From Balanoglossus misakiensis (lineage: Eukaryota; Animalia; Hemichordata): a DNA stretch of 64,000 nt. Under the pieces are notes generated by a model that made no database searches, was not told the DNA's origin, and saw only the letters and a list, made by a program, of their open reading frames with translations. The translations under genes and the position numbers were made by a program. Positions 14,001 to 26,808 of the stretch are shown piece after piece (the stretch's first letter is position 1; each line of letters opens with the position of its first letter). The stretch is taken from positions 9,269,337 to 9,333,336 of the forward strand of contig CM082586.2 of assembly GCA_040954595.2 (NCBI GenBank), written 5' to 3'.

Positions 14001-17000
14001 TTAATGAGTAGAAACATAATGCTGTGTTTTATCCCATGAAATATCAAGATTATATCTATGTTTAGTGCTGATATAGTGTTAAGTAGGTCGAAGGTCACCC
14101 AGAGGTCACCCACAATTTGGGCAGAAAATTTTGACCCATAGTGGTCCATGTCCAACAAAAAACAGACCTCTACCCCTTTTGGTTAGCCCGGAATTAGGTA
14201 TGCATATAAATAATGAGTTAAGCAGGTGTCACAGGTGACCCAAAACTTTGGCTTTTCATTATGGCCCCATACCTCCAAACGCCAAGGCTGTATCTGCTGT
14301 GGATGCTGAGATTTGCGAAAGTACGTCAAAGGTCACCAGAGGTCACCCAACATTTGGGTAAAAAATTTTGACCCCATACTTGTCCTGTCCAACAAAAACA
14401 AAACCTCTAGGTCTATTGGTTCGCCTGTAATTAGCTATGCACATAATTAATTAGGTCAGCAGGGGTCAAAGGGGTCATGAAAAGTAGCAAAATATTTTGA
14501 TCACACACTAATCCACATACAACAAAGACCAAACTTATAGCCCTATTGGTTAGCCTGGAATTAGATATGCAGAAAAATGATGCGTCAAAAGTAGGTCAAA
14601 GGTCATTGCCAAAATTACCAAAATATTTAAAGCACATTGTAGTCATATGATGATTCATATCCATAAAAAGAATTTCTGTGCTATCAATTTTTAGGCTAGA
14701 AAGGGAATTTTTACTTTTTAATCGTTTTTCACAAAATCCAATATGGCCGCCATAATCTTCGACCAATCACAATGCTCTTTGCAAACTTGATAGACATCTG
14801 TTTAATGACCACACACACCAAATCTTGTGACTCGCTTATCGCCGGTTCTTGAGAAGAAGATTTTTGAAATTTTACTAGGGTTTTTCGAAAATCCAATATG
14901 GCCGACAAAATCTTCGACCAATCACAATGATCTTCGCAAACTTGATAGACATCAGTTAGGTGACCACATACACCAAACCCTGTGTCTCGGTTATCACCGG
15001 TTCTGGAGAAGAAGATTTTTGAAATTTAAGCCAGATTTCAGAAAAAAAATTGTAGCAAAAAACTGCAACTTTGTCAGCATAATTTCCAATTACAAAAATG
15101 ATGGACAGAGGGTAGTCTACCAGCATGCCAAATTTGAAGTCGATCTGACTTGTAGTTTCTGAGATCTGAGATTTGCATTTTTTCAGAAAATCCAAGATGG
15201 CCGCCAGGTCACGTGACTAATTAAAAATTCAAGGGTTCAATGCACGACTACTCATTGACCTTGACCACTGTAGCAAGTTTCAGAAGTGTACCTGCAGCGG
15301 TGTCTGAGATCTCGTGGGTCAAAGAATTGACACAAGAATAAAGAAAGAATTAAAGCTGCAAGCAGCATTGTCCGGGCCCAAGCTCTATTATCTGATCAGA
15401 TTATTAGATATGCACATAAGTAATGAGTAGAAACATAATGCTGTTTTATCCCATGAATTATCAAGGTTATATCTATGTTTGGTGCTGATATAGTGTTAAG
15501 TAGGTCAGAGGTCACCCAGAGGTCACCCACTGTTTGGGCAGAAAATTTTGACCCATAGTGGTCCATGTCCAACAAAAACCAGACCTCTAGCCCTTTTGGT
15601 TAGCCCGGAATTAGGTATGCACATAAATAATGAGTTAAGCAGGTGTCACAGGTGACCCAAAACTTTGGCTTTTCATTATGGCCCCATACCTCCAAACGCC
15701 AAGGCTGTATCTGCTGTGGATGTCGAGATATGCAAAAGTAGGTCAAAGGTCACCCGAGGTCACCCAACATTTGGGAAATTTTTTTGACCCAATACTGGTC
15801 AATGTCCAACAGAAACCAAGCCTCTAGGTCTATTGGTTCATCTGTAATTAGGTATGCACATATTTAATGAGGTCAGCAGAGGTCAAAGGGGTCATGAAAA
15901 GTACCAAAATTTTTTGATCACATACAAATCCACATACATCAAAAACCAAACTTATAGCCCTATTGGTTAGCCTGGAATTAGATATGCAGAAAATTGATGC
16001 GTCAAAAGTAGGTCAAAGGTCATTGCCAAAATTACCAAAATATTTATAGCTTATTCTTGTTATATGATGATTCATATCCATAAAAAGAATTTCTGTGCTA
16101 TCAATTTTTAGGCTAGAAAGGAAATTTTTACTTTTTAATCGTTTTTCACAAAATCCAATATGGCCGCCATAATCTTCGACCAATCACATTCCTCTTCGCA
16201 AACTTGATAGACATCTGTGGAATGACCACACACACAAAATCTTGTGACTCGGTTATCGCCGGTTCTCGAAAAGAAGATTTTTGAAATTTTACTAGGGTTT
16301 TTCGAAAATCCAATATGGCCGCCATAATCTTCGACCAATCACAATGATCTTCGCAAACTTGATAGACATCAGTTAGGTGACCAAATACCCCAAACCCCAT
16401 GTCTCGGTTATCACCGGTTCTGGAGAAGAAGATTTTTGAAATTTAAGCCAGATTTCAGAAAAAAAATTGTAGCAAAAAAACTGCAACATTGACAGCATAA
16501 TTTCCAATTACAAAAATATTTGACAGAAGGTAGTCTACCTGCACGCCAAATTTGAAGTCGATCTGACTTGTAGTTTCTGAGATCTGAGATTTGCATTTTT
16601 TCAGAAAATCCAAGATGGCCGCCAGGTCATGTGACTAATTAAAAATTCATGGGTTCAATGCACGACTACTCATTGACCTCGACCACTGTAGCAAGTTTGA
16701 GAACTGTACCTGCAGTGGTGTCTGAGATCTAGAGCGACAAAGAAATGACAGAAGAATAAAGAAAGAAAGAAAGAAAAACCCCAACGAAACCAATAGGGCC
16801 CAAGCGCTGGTATGCGCTTGGGCCCTAAAAAATTCCAACGAAACCAATAGGGCCCAAGCGCTGGTATGCGCTTGGGCCCTAATTAAAGCTGCAAGCAGCA
16901 TTGTCCGGGCCCAAGCTCTATTATCTGATCTGATTATTAGATATGCACATAATTAATGAATAGAAACACAATGCTGTGTTTTATCCCATGATATATCAAG

Positions 17001-20000
17001 GTTATATCTGTTTGGTGCTGATATAGTGTTAAGTAGGTCAAAGGTCACCCAGGGGTCACCCACAATTTTGGCAGAACATTTTGACCCATAGTGGTCCATG
17101 TCCAACAAAAGCCAGACCTCTTGCCCTTTTGGTTAGCCCGGAATTAGGTATGCACATAAATAATGAGTTAAGCAGGTGTCACAGGTGACCCAAAACTTTG
17201 GCTTTTAATTATGGCCCTATGTCTCCAAACACCAAGGCTGTATCTGCTGTGGATGTCGAGATGTGCAAAAGAAGGTCAAAGGTCACCCGAGGTCACCCAA
17301 CATTTGGGCAAAATATTTTGACCCCATACTTGTCCATGTCCAATAAAAACCAAACATCTAGCTCTATTGGTTCGCCCGTAATTAGATATGCACATAATTA
17401 ATGAGGGAAGCTGAGGTCAAAGAGGTCATGGAAAGTAGCAAAATATTTTGATCACACTCTAATCCACATGCATCAAAAACCAAACGTCTAGCCCTATTGG
17501 TTAGCCTGGAATTAGATATGCAGAAAAATGATGTGTCAAAAGTAGGTCAAAGGTCATTGCCAAAATTACCAAAATATTTATAGCTTATTCTTGTCATATG
17601 ATGATTCATATCCATAAAAAGAATTTCTGTGCTATCAATTTTTAGGCTAGAATGGGAATTTTTAATTTTTAATCGTTTTTCACAAAATCCAATATGGCTG
17701 CCATAATCTTCGACCAATCACATTCCGCTTCTCAAACTTGATAGACATCTGTTTAATGACCACACACACCAAATCTTGTGACTCAGTTATCGCCGGTTCT
17801 TGAGAAGAAGATTTTTGAAATTTTACTAGGGTTTTTCGAAAATCCAATATGGCCGCCATAATCTTCGACCAATCACAATGATCTTCGCAAACTTGATAGA
17901 CCTCAGTTTGGTGACCACATACCACAAACCACGTGACTCGGTTATCGCCGGTTCTGGAGAAGAAGATTTTTGAAATTTTGACCAGATTTCAGAAAAACAA
18001 CTGTAGCAAAAAAACTGCAACATTGACAGCAAAATATCCAATTACAAAAATGATGGGCAGAAGGTACACTACCAGCACACCAAATCTGAAGTGAATCTGA
18101 CTTGTAGTTTCTGAGATCTGAGATTTGCATTTTTTCAGAAAATCCAATATGGCCGCCATGTCACGTGACTAATTAAAAATTCAAGAGTTCAATGCACGAC
18201 TACCCATTGACCTTGACCACTGTAACAAGTTTGAGAAGTGTACCTGCAGCGGTGTCTGAGATCTAGAGCAACAAAGAAATGACACAAGAAAAAAGAAAGA
18301 AAGAAAGACAGAAAAACCCCAACGAAACCAATAGGGCCCAAGCGCTGGTATGCGCTTGGGCCCTAATTAAAGCTGCAAGCAGCATTGTCGGGCCCAAGCG
18401 CTGATCTTGAATTATATATGCACAGTGTGAATGAGAAGAAACAGAATTTTCTATCGGATGTATTATCTCATGACATAACAAGGATGTGTGTATTTTTGCT
18501 GCTGAAATAGGGTGAAGTAGGTCAAAGGTCACCTGAGTTCACCCAACATTTGGGTAATTTTTTTTTACCCATACTGGTCCATGTCCAACAAAAACCGAAA
18601 CTCTAGCTCTATTGGTTTGCGTGTAATTAGGTATGTGCATATTTAATGAGGTCAGCAGGTGTAACAGGTGACCCAAAAATGTGGCTTTACATTTTGGTCC
18701 CATCCTACCAAATGCCATGGCTGTATCTGCTCTGGATGCTGAGATATGCGAAAGTAGGTCAAAGGTCACCAGAGGTCACGCAACATTTGGGCAAAAAATT
18801 TTGATCCCATTCTGGTCCATGTCCAACAAAAACCAAACCTCTAGCTCTATTGGTTCGCCTGTAATTAGCTATGCACATAATTAATGAGGTCAGCAGAGGT
18901 CAAAGGGGTCATGAAAAGTAGCAAAATATTTTGATCACACACTAATCCACATTCATCAAAAACCAAACGTCTAGCCCTACAGGTTAGCCTGGAATTAGAT
19001 ATGCAGAAATAATAACGCGTGATAAGTAGGTCAAAGGTCATGTGAAAAATCGCCAAAAATTTGTAACATATTGTAGTCATATGACAAATGATATACATAA
19101 AAAGAATTTGTATGCTATCAATTTTTAGACTAGAAAAAGGAATTTCAAATTTTCACTGCTTTTTACAAAATCCAATATGGCCGCCATAATCTTCGACCAA
19201 TCACAATGCTCTTTGCAGACTTGATAGACATCAGTGTAGTGACCATACTCCTCGAATCTTGCGACTCAATCATAGCCCGTTCTGGAGAAGAAGATTTTTG
19301 CAGTTTAACTATGGTTTTTCGAAAATCCAATATGGCCGCCATAATCTTCGACCAATCACAATGATCTTCGCAAACTTGATAGACATCAGTTAGGTGACCA
19401 CATACCCCAAACCCCGTGTCTCAGTTATCACCGGTTCTGGAGAAGAAGATTTTTGAAATTTAAGCCAGATTTCAGAAAAAAAATTGTAGCAAAAAAACTG
19501 CAACATTGACAGCAAAATTTCCAATTACAAAAATGATAGGTAGAAGGTAGTCTACCTGCATGCCAAATTTGAAGTCGATCTGACTTGTAGTTTCTGAGAT
19601 CTGAGATTTGCATTTTTTCAGAAAATCCAATATGGCCGCCAGGTCACGTGACTAATTAAGTATTCACAAGTCACTGCACATCTACTCATAGACCTTGACC
19701 ACTGTAGCAAGTTTGAGCAGTGTACCTGCAGTAGTTTCAGAGATTTAGTTGGCCGAAGAATTGACACAAGAAAAAAGAAAGAAAGAAAGATTAAAGCTGC
19801 AAGCAGCATTGTCCGGGCCCAAGCTCCATTATCTGATCAGATTATTAGATATGCACATCATTAATGAGTAGAACCATAATGCTGTGTTTTATCCCATGAA
19901 ATATCAAGGTTATATCTATGTTTGGTGTTGATATAGTGTTAAGTAGGTCAAAGGTCACCAAGAGGTCACCCACAATTTGGGCAGAAAATTTTGACCCATA

Positions 20001-22808
20001 GTGGTCCATGTCCAACAAAAACCAGACCTCTAGCCCTTTTGGTTAGCTCGGAATTAGGTATGCACATAAATAATGAGTTATGCAGGCGTCACAGGTGACC
20101 CAAAACTTTGGCTTTTCATTATGGCCCCATACCTCCAAACGTCAAGGCTGTATCTGTTGTGGATGTCGATATATGCAAAAGTAGGTCAAAGGTCACCCGA
20201 GGTCACCCAACATTTGGGCAAAATATTTTGTCCCCATACTGGTCCATGTATAACAAAAACAAAACCTCTAGGTCTATTAGTTCATCATCAATTAGGTATG
20301 CGCATATTTAATGAGGTCACCAGAGGTCATGAAAAGTATCAAAAATTTTTTATCACATACAAATCCACATACATCAAAAACCAAACTTATAGCCCTATTG
20401 GTTAGCCTGGAATTAGATATGCAGAAAAATGATGCGTCAAAAGTAGGTCAAAGGTCATTGCCAAAATTACCAAAATATTTATAGCTTATTCTTGTCATAT
20501 GATGATTCATATCCATAAAAAGAATTTCTGTGCTATCAATTTTAAGGCTAGAAAAGAAATTTTTACTTTTTAATCGTTTTTCACAAAATCCAATATGGCC
20601 GCCATAATCTTCGACCAATCACATTCCCCTTCGCAAACTTGATAGACATCTGTTTAATGACCACACACACCAAATCTTGTGACTCGGTTATCGCCCGTTC
20701 TTGAGAAGAAGATTTTTGAAATTTTACAATGGTTTTTAGAAAATCCAATATGGCCGCCATAATCTTCGACCAATCACAATGATCTTCGCAAACTTGATAG
20801 ACATCAGTTAGGTGACCACATACCCCAAACCGCGTGACTCAGTTATCACCGGTTCTGGAGAAGAAGATTTTTGAAATTTAAGCCAGATTTCAGAAAAAAA
20901 ATTGTAGCAAAAAAACTGCAACATTTACAGCAAAATATCCAATTACAAAAATGATGGGTAGAAGGTAGACTACCTGCACACCAAATTTGAAGTCGATCTG
21001 ACTTGTAGTTTCTGAGATCTGAGATTTGCATTTTTTCAGAAAATCCAATATGGCCGCCAGGTCACGTGACTAATTAAAAATTCAAGGGTTCAATGCACGA
21101 CTACTCATTGACCTTGACCACTGTAGCAAGTTTCAGAAGTGTACCTGCAGCGGTGTCTGAGATCTAGAGCGACAAAGAATTGACACAAGAATAAAGAAAG
21201 AAAGAAAGAAGAAAGAATTAAAGCTGCAAGCAGCATTGTCCGGGCCCAAGCTCTATTATCTGATCAGATTATTAGATATGCACATAATTAATGAGTAGAA
21301 ACATAATGCTGTGTTTTATCCCATGAAATATCAAGGTTATATCTATGTTTGGTGTTGATATAGTGTTAAGTAGGTCAAAGGTCACCCAGAGGTCACCCAC
21401 AATTTGGGCAGAAAATTTTGATCCATAGTGGTCCATGTCCAACAAAAACCAGACCTCTAGCCCTTTTGGTTAGCCCGGAATTAGGTATGCACATAAATAA
21501 TGAGTTAAGCAGGTGTCAAAGGTGACCCAAAACTTTGGCTTTTCATTATGGCCCCATACCTCCAAACGCCAAGGTTGTATCTGCTGTGGATGTCGAGATA
21601 TGCAAAAGTAGGTCAAAGGTCACCCGAGGTCACCCAACATTTGGGCAAAATATTTTGACCCCATACTGGTCCATGTATAACAAAAACAAAACCTCTAGGT
21701 CTATTGGTTCATCATTAATTAGGTATGCGCATATTTAATGAGGTCACCAGAGGTCAAAGGGGTCATGAAAAGTAGCAACATTTTTTGATCACATACAAAT
21801 CCACATACATCAAAAACCAAACTTATAGCCCTATTGGTAAGCCTGGAATTAGATATGCAGAAAAATGATGCGTCAAAAGTAGGTCAAAGGTCATTGCCAA
21901 AATTACCAAAATATTTATAGCTTATTCTTGTCATATGATGATTCATATCCATAAAAAGAATTTCTGTGCTATCAATTTTTAGGCTAGAAAAGGAATTTTT
22001 ACTTTTTAAACCTTTTTCACAAAATCCAATATGGCCGCCATAATCTTCGACCAATCACATTCCCCTTCGCAAACTTGATAGACACCTGTTTAATGACCAC
22101 ACACACCAAATCTTGTGACTCGGTTATCGCCCGTTCTTGAGAAGAAGATTTTTGAAGTTTTACTATGGTTTTTCGAAAATCCAATATGGCCGCCATAATC
22201 TTCGACCAATCACAATGATCTTCGCAAACTTGATAGACATCAGTTAGGTGACCACATACCCCAAACCGCGTGACTCAGTTATCACCGGTTCTGGAGAAGA
22301 AGATTTTTGAAATTTAAGCCAGATTTCAGAAAAAAAATTGTAGCAAAAAAACTGCAACATTTACAGCAAAATATCCAATTACAAAAATGATGGGTAGAAG
22401 GTAGACTACCTACACACCAAATTTGAAGTCGATCTGACTTGTAGTTTCTGAGATCTGAGATTTGCATTTTTTCAGAAAATCCAATATGGCCGCCAGGTCA
22501 CGTGACTAATTAAAAATTCACAGGTTCAATGCACGACTACTCATTGACCTTGACCACTGTAGCAAGTTTCAGAAGTGTACCTGCAGCGGTGTCTGAGATC
22601 TAGAGCGACAAAGAATTGACACAAGAATAAAGAAAGAAAGAAGAAAGAAAAACCACAACGAAACCAATAGGGCCCAAGCGCTGGTATGCGCTTGGGCCCT
22701 AAAAACCCCAACGAAAACAATAGGGCCCAAGCGCTGGCTTGCGCTTGGGCCCTAAAAAACCCCAACGAAACCAATAGGGCCCAAGCGCTTGCGTGCGCTT
22801 GGGCCCTA
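5005..22808 (+). mobile_element. Cluster of 12 family-A non-autonomous Helentrons (~1.3-1.7 kb each)
   Basis: Left ends attaaagctgcaagcagcattgtc(c)gggcccaagc at 5005, 6420, 7743, 9343, 10765, 12441, 13930, 15349, 16882, 18366, 19790 and 21217. Right hairpins at 9190, 9243, 9300, 13896, 16794, 16848, 18332, 22668, 22721 and 22775. Confidence 0.9.
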
Positions 22809-22811
22809 AGA

Positions 22812-24219
22812 ATATAGCTGCAAGCAGCAATAGCGGGCCCAAGCCATCATAGCACATAGCACATAGCAACATAGCAATAAGCATATCTGCTCTGGATGCC
22901 AAGATAAGGAAAAGTAGGTCAAAGGTCACCTGAGGTCATGCAAAATTTGGGCAAGAAATTTTGACCCTATACTGGTGAATGTTCAACAAAAACCAAACCT
23001 ATAGCCCTATTGGTTAGCCTGGAATTAGGTATGCACATAATTAATGAGATATGCAGGTGTCACAGGTGACCCCCATTTTGGCTTTTCAATTTTAGTCCCA
23101 ACCCTCCAAACGCCAAGTCTGTACCTGCTCTGGATGCCGAGATATAGGAAAGTAGGTCAAAGGTCACCTGAGGTCACCCAAAATTTGGGCAAGAAAATTT
23201 GGACCTATACTGGACCATGTTCAACAAAAAACAAAGCTATAGCCATATTGGTTATCCTGGAATTAGGTATGCACATAATTAATGAGGTAGGCAGGTGTCA
23301 CAGGTGACCGCCAATTTTGGCTTTTCAATTTTAGTCCCAACCCTCCAAACGCCACGTCTGTACCTGCTCTGCATGCCGAGATATGGGAAAGTAGGTCAAA
23401 GGTCACCTGAGGTCACCCAAAATTTGGGCAAGAAATTTTGACCCCATACTGGTCCATTTCCCTCAAGAACGAAACCTCTAGCCCTCTTAGTTAGCCCAGA
23501 ATTAGGGATGCACATAATTAATGAGTTAAGCAGGTGTTACAGGTGGGCCTAAAATTGTGCCTTCTATTTTGGTGCCATTGTGCTCACTGACCACAAGACA
23601 GTCACTGTACAGGACAATTGCACAGACCAGAATTCCACAATAAGACATGGACATAACTTAACCATAGAGGTATAATTAAAGGTATAAATTTCATAAAAAA
23701 ATTAATATAAAAAAATCGGGCGATTTTTCATACTATTGTTTTTTGCTTAAAATTATTGACAAATGCTAGGCTAGCTGCACACCAAAGTTGGAGATGTTTG
23801 GCCAAACAGATTTTGAGATATGTATGCATATTTATCCAAAATAATATGTGGTCTTAGCTTTACTATGGAAAGTATAGGCCCATGGCTTGGTCAAAAAATA
23901 TGAAAAATAATACTTAAAAATCTTCTTCTCAAAATTGGCATGGCCAATGGCCTTGACATTTGGCATGTAGAACTCTGGCCATATGGCCCACAAAGTATGT
24001 TAACAGAATTTCGATATGTCAATGCATATGCAAATTAGGCCAATTTGAAAATTTTGCCCATATATGGTCATCAGGTCACGTGACTTATTAAACATTCACA
24101 AGGGTACTGCACCAGCTCTCATTGGCCTGCACCATTGTGCCAACTTTGAAATTTGTAGGTTCAGCCATTTTCCAGATCTAGCTGACAAAAAAAACGACAG
24201 AAGAAGAAGAAGTAGAAGA
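22812..24219 (+). mobile_element. Body of a fourth family-B non-autonomous Helentron, host of the autonomous element
   Basis: atatagctgcaagcagcaatagcgggcccaagcc start; same structure as the units at 2201 and 3842; interrupted at gaagtagaaga by the left end at 24220. Confidence 0.88.
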
Positions 24220-24516
24220 ATATAGCTGCCAAGCAGCAATGGCGGGCCCAAGCCAAAATAGCGCATAGCAACAAACCTTAGTTCAACATCAAAGCAATAT
24301 TTTGGTCGATTTTGTGTAATGCGTTGATATACCTTGTACTATTGAAAACTTTGTGCAGGAAGAGGCTGTTTGACCTCTGTGCACTTGAATCCGAAGCTGT
24401 TCTACAGAGCTTTCAGGTTGACGGATCCGAAAACGAATGTGATTACGGAAACACGTCTACAGTAGGGGTCAGCTGATTTACTGGTGAGTGTAATTTGCTA
24501 ACATGTCGAAGTTTTG

Positions 24517-25212
24517 AAAGTGGTAGTAATCGCCTTATCGGTGATTTTAACGAGTGGAAACCTGGGTGGTGACAATCGTGTAGTTGTAGTTTATCTAGCG
24601 GTAGTGTGATTTTGATGATATGAGAGCCGATATCAGTTGAATTTGAGTTATATTTTCACTCGTACAGAGGCAAGTCCAATACAATATGGCGGCGACCGTG
24701 TGTTTTGCAGAGTAGCGTACGCAATAATTTATGCTGACATGTCTCAGTTGTAAAAGTGGTGTAAATGTTAATCATTTTGTCGGTGATTTGGATGAGTGGA
24801 AAGCTGGATGGTGACGGTTGTGTAGTTGTAGTTGATCCGGCGGTAGTGAGATTTTTCATGATATAGGAGGCGATGTCAGTGTCATTAGGGTTTTATGTCG
24901 ACACGTACAGAGGTAAGTCCAATACAATATGGCGGCGACCATGTGTTTTGCAGAGTTGCTTACGCAATAATTTATGCTGACATGTCTGAGTCGTAAAAGT
25001 GGTGTAAATGTTAATCACTTTATCGGTGATTTGGATGAGTGGAAAGCTGGATGGTGGCGGTTGTGTAGTTGTAGTACCGGCGGTAGTGAGATTTTGATGA
25101 TGCGAGAGGCGATGTCAGTTTCATTAGGGTTTAATTTTCACCCATAAACAGGTTAAGTGCAATTCAATATGGCGGCGACCATGTATTTCGCAGAGTAGCC
25201 TACGCAATAATT
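24517..25212 (+). repeat. ~242-bp tandem repeat x3 in the first putative intron, each unit carrying caatATGGCGGCgacc
   Basis: Units begin at ~24517, ~24752 and ~24996; YY1-like motif at 24682, 24925 and 25165. Confidence 0.85.
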
Positions 25213-25839
25213 GAATTAATAATTCGATGTGGACAAGGACACTGTTCTGTATGAGTTATTTTGAATGATGTATGTGTATTTTTATACTGACATGTTTGTG
25301 ACTTACATACACATGCTTGCACATTTTTCTGTTGTGGTTTATCTGAGGAAAACAGTGAATAAGTTGTAATATTTTTGTCTATTCTGTTAACAGATTACGC
25401 TGAACAGATATATCTCAGTCTCAAGGTGAGTGTTTGATATTGTTTTTGACCATGACCTGAAGGGATTAAGGGTGTGATTTTGAGCTGTTTTCTGGAATAT
25501 TGTGTGATATTAAAAGTTGTTTGACACTTTAAAAATGCTGGAAATACTGGTGAAATGATGTGCCATGATTGGTGTTTATTTGAAGGTGTATTGTTATTTA
25601 AATGAGGGAGGCATTCCTGTGTTCATCAATTTTATTTGATTCATTTCAGTCATTGTGACAAACATTTGGATTTGAATGTGTAGAGATGGTTGATTGAAGT
25701 AATACAATTGTGGTTTTGACTGTTGTGGGAGGATATTAATCTGTTGAGGGCTGGCTGTGAAAGTGGCATGTGTTATGTTTGTTCACTGACAGTTTTGTTG
25801 ATTAATAATCGTATTTGTAGCTATGTATAATATTGTTGA

Positions 25840-26186
25840 AGGGACAAAGTCTGTCTCTCGCTGGCTTTTTTCCGTTAATTATATTTGATACAAGACATTG
25901 TTTGTGTTATTTTACATGCGAGTATAAAGAGATTCAACATTCGACCACACACAAATTCCATCCGACTTGTAGACACGGGAGTGAAAAACTCACCAAAATG
26001 AATATTCAGTGTTTAGCATTTATTCATTTTGGCGAGATTTTGACTCTCATATCCTACAAACGGGGTGGAAGTTGTGTGTGGTCGAACGTTGATTCACTAT
26101 TTAGCCACATGTAGAATAACATAAACAGTGTCTTGTATCAAACATAATTGATGGAAAAAGGGCAGCGTGAGAGAGACTTTGTCCCT
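25840..26186. mobile_element. Foldback MITE, Kolobok/T2-like (AGGG...CCCT ends, TTAA-type TSD)
   Basis: ttga|AGGGACAAAGTC...GACTTTGTCCCT|ttaa. The halves are imperfect reverse complements over ~165 bp (e.g. tttgatacaagaca/tgtcttgtatcaaa; ttcgaccacacacaa/ttgtgtgtggtcgaa; ccaaaatgaata/tattcattttgg). Confidence 0.8.
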
Positions 26187-26808
26187 TTAACATACATGGA
26201 AATTTGAAGGGCATTTTCAACTAAATCTGAAAAGCTTTGTTGTGTAAGTTTCACACTTTGTGGGGATTTTGTGTATGTTTTGTTGAATCACTGTATCATG
26301 TACATTTTTTTCTAATAAGGTTATTTGGTTTGTTTTCCAGTTTTTGGTGACACAACATATTTGACGGTAAGTGTTGTAGATATAGCAGATGATTTCAAGT
26401 GCGTTGTAGTTTGTAGAGGTGTGGTCAACATAGCTGGTCGAGAGCTTGTGTACTGTATGTATGGTTGTGTACCAGGATTGATCATATCCTGAGATATGGA
26501 TGGAATTAAAAATGTTGTGTAGCAGCTGTAATGATGCCTGAGTTAAGGTGTAGTTTGATGTACACGAACAGTACAGAAATGTGGTGAGCATAGCTGCTAT
26601 TCAAGATGTATATTTCACCTTTGTACCAGTATTATTGATCCTATTTGTGGACAGGCCTGTATAATTTCAATGGCATGGTGGGAAAAACATGAGGACAAGT
26701 AACGCAGACACTAAAATGGGGAAGGCACTGCAAAATGTGGATAGTTTGATCAGCAATGAGTTGTTAACTTCTGTTTGGTGATGGTAATCATGTTGAAATA
26801 TTTTTCAG

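Larger units (their letters stand above)
24380..26808 (+). promoter_or_regulatory. Putative spliced 5' UTR of RepHel (non-coding exons ending at 24483, 25394-25425 and 26341-26366; final acceptor at 26808)
   Basis: Strong donors GTGAGT (24484), GTGAGT (25426) and GTAAGT (26367). Pyrimidine-rich acceptors end at 25393, 26340 and 26808 (tttttcag|ATG). The first two junction contexts recur in the second element at 61426 and 62592-62618. Confidence 0.6.

Noticed and set aside
5005-22808. Simple 1.4-kb satellite generated only by tandem duplication
   Set aside because: Adjacent units are different subtypes, termini are stacked, and host tail fragments reassemble across insertions.
633-23307. Recurrent 60-150 aa ORFs (MAFHYGPIPPN..., MQISDLRNYKSD..., RAQAHTSAWALL...), also throughout 36899-61108
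   Set aside because: They are chance frames in non-coding repeat units, mostly with non-ATG starts, broken by indels in sister copies and with no recognisable domains.
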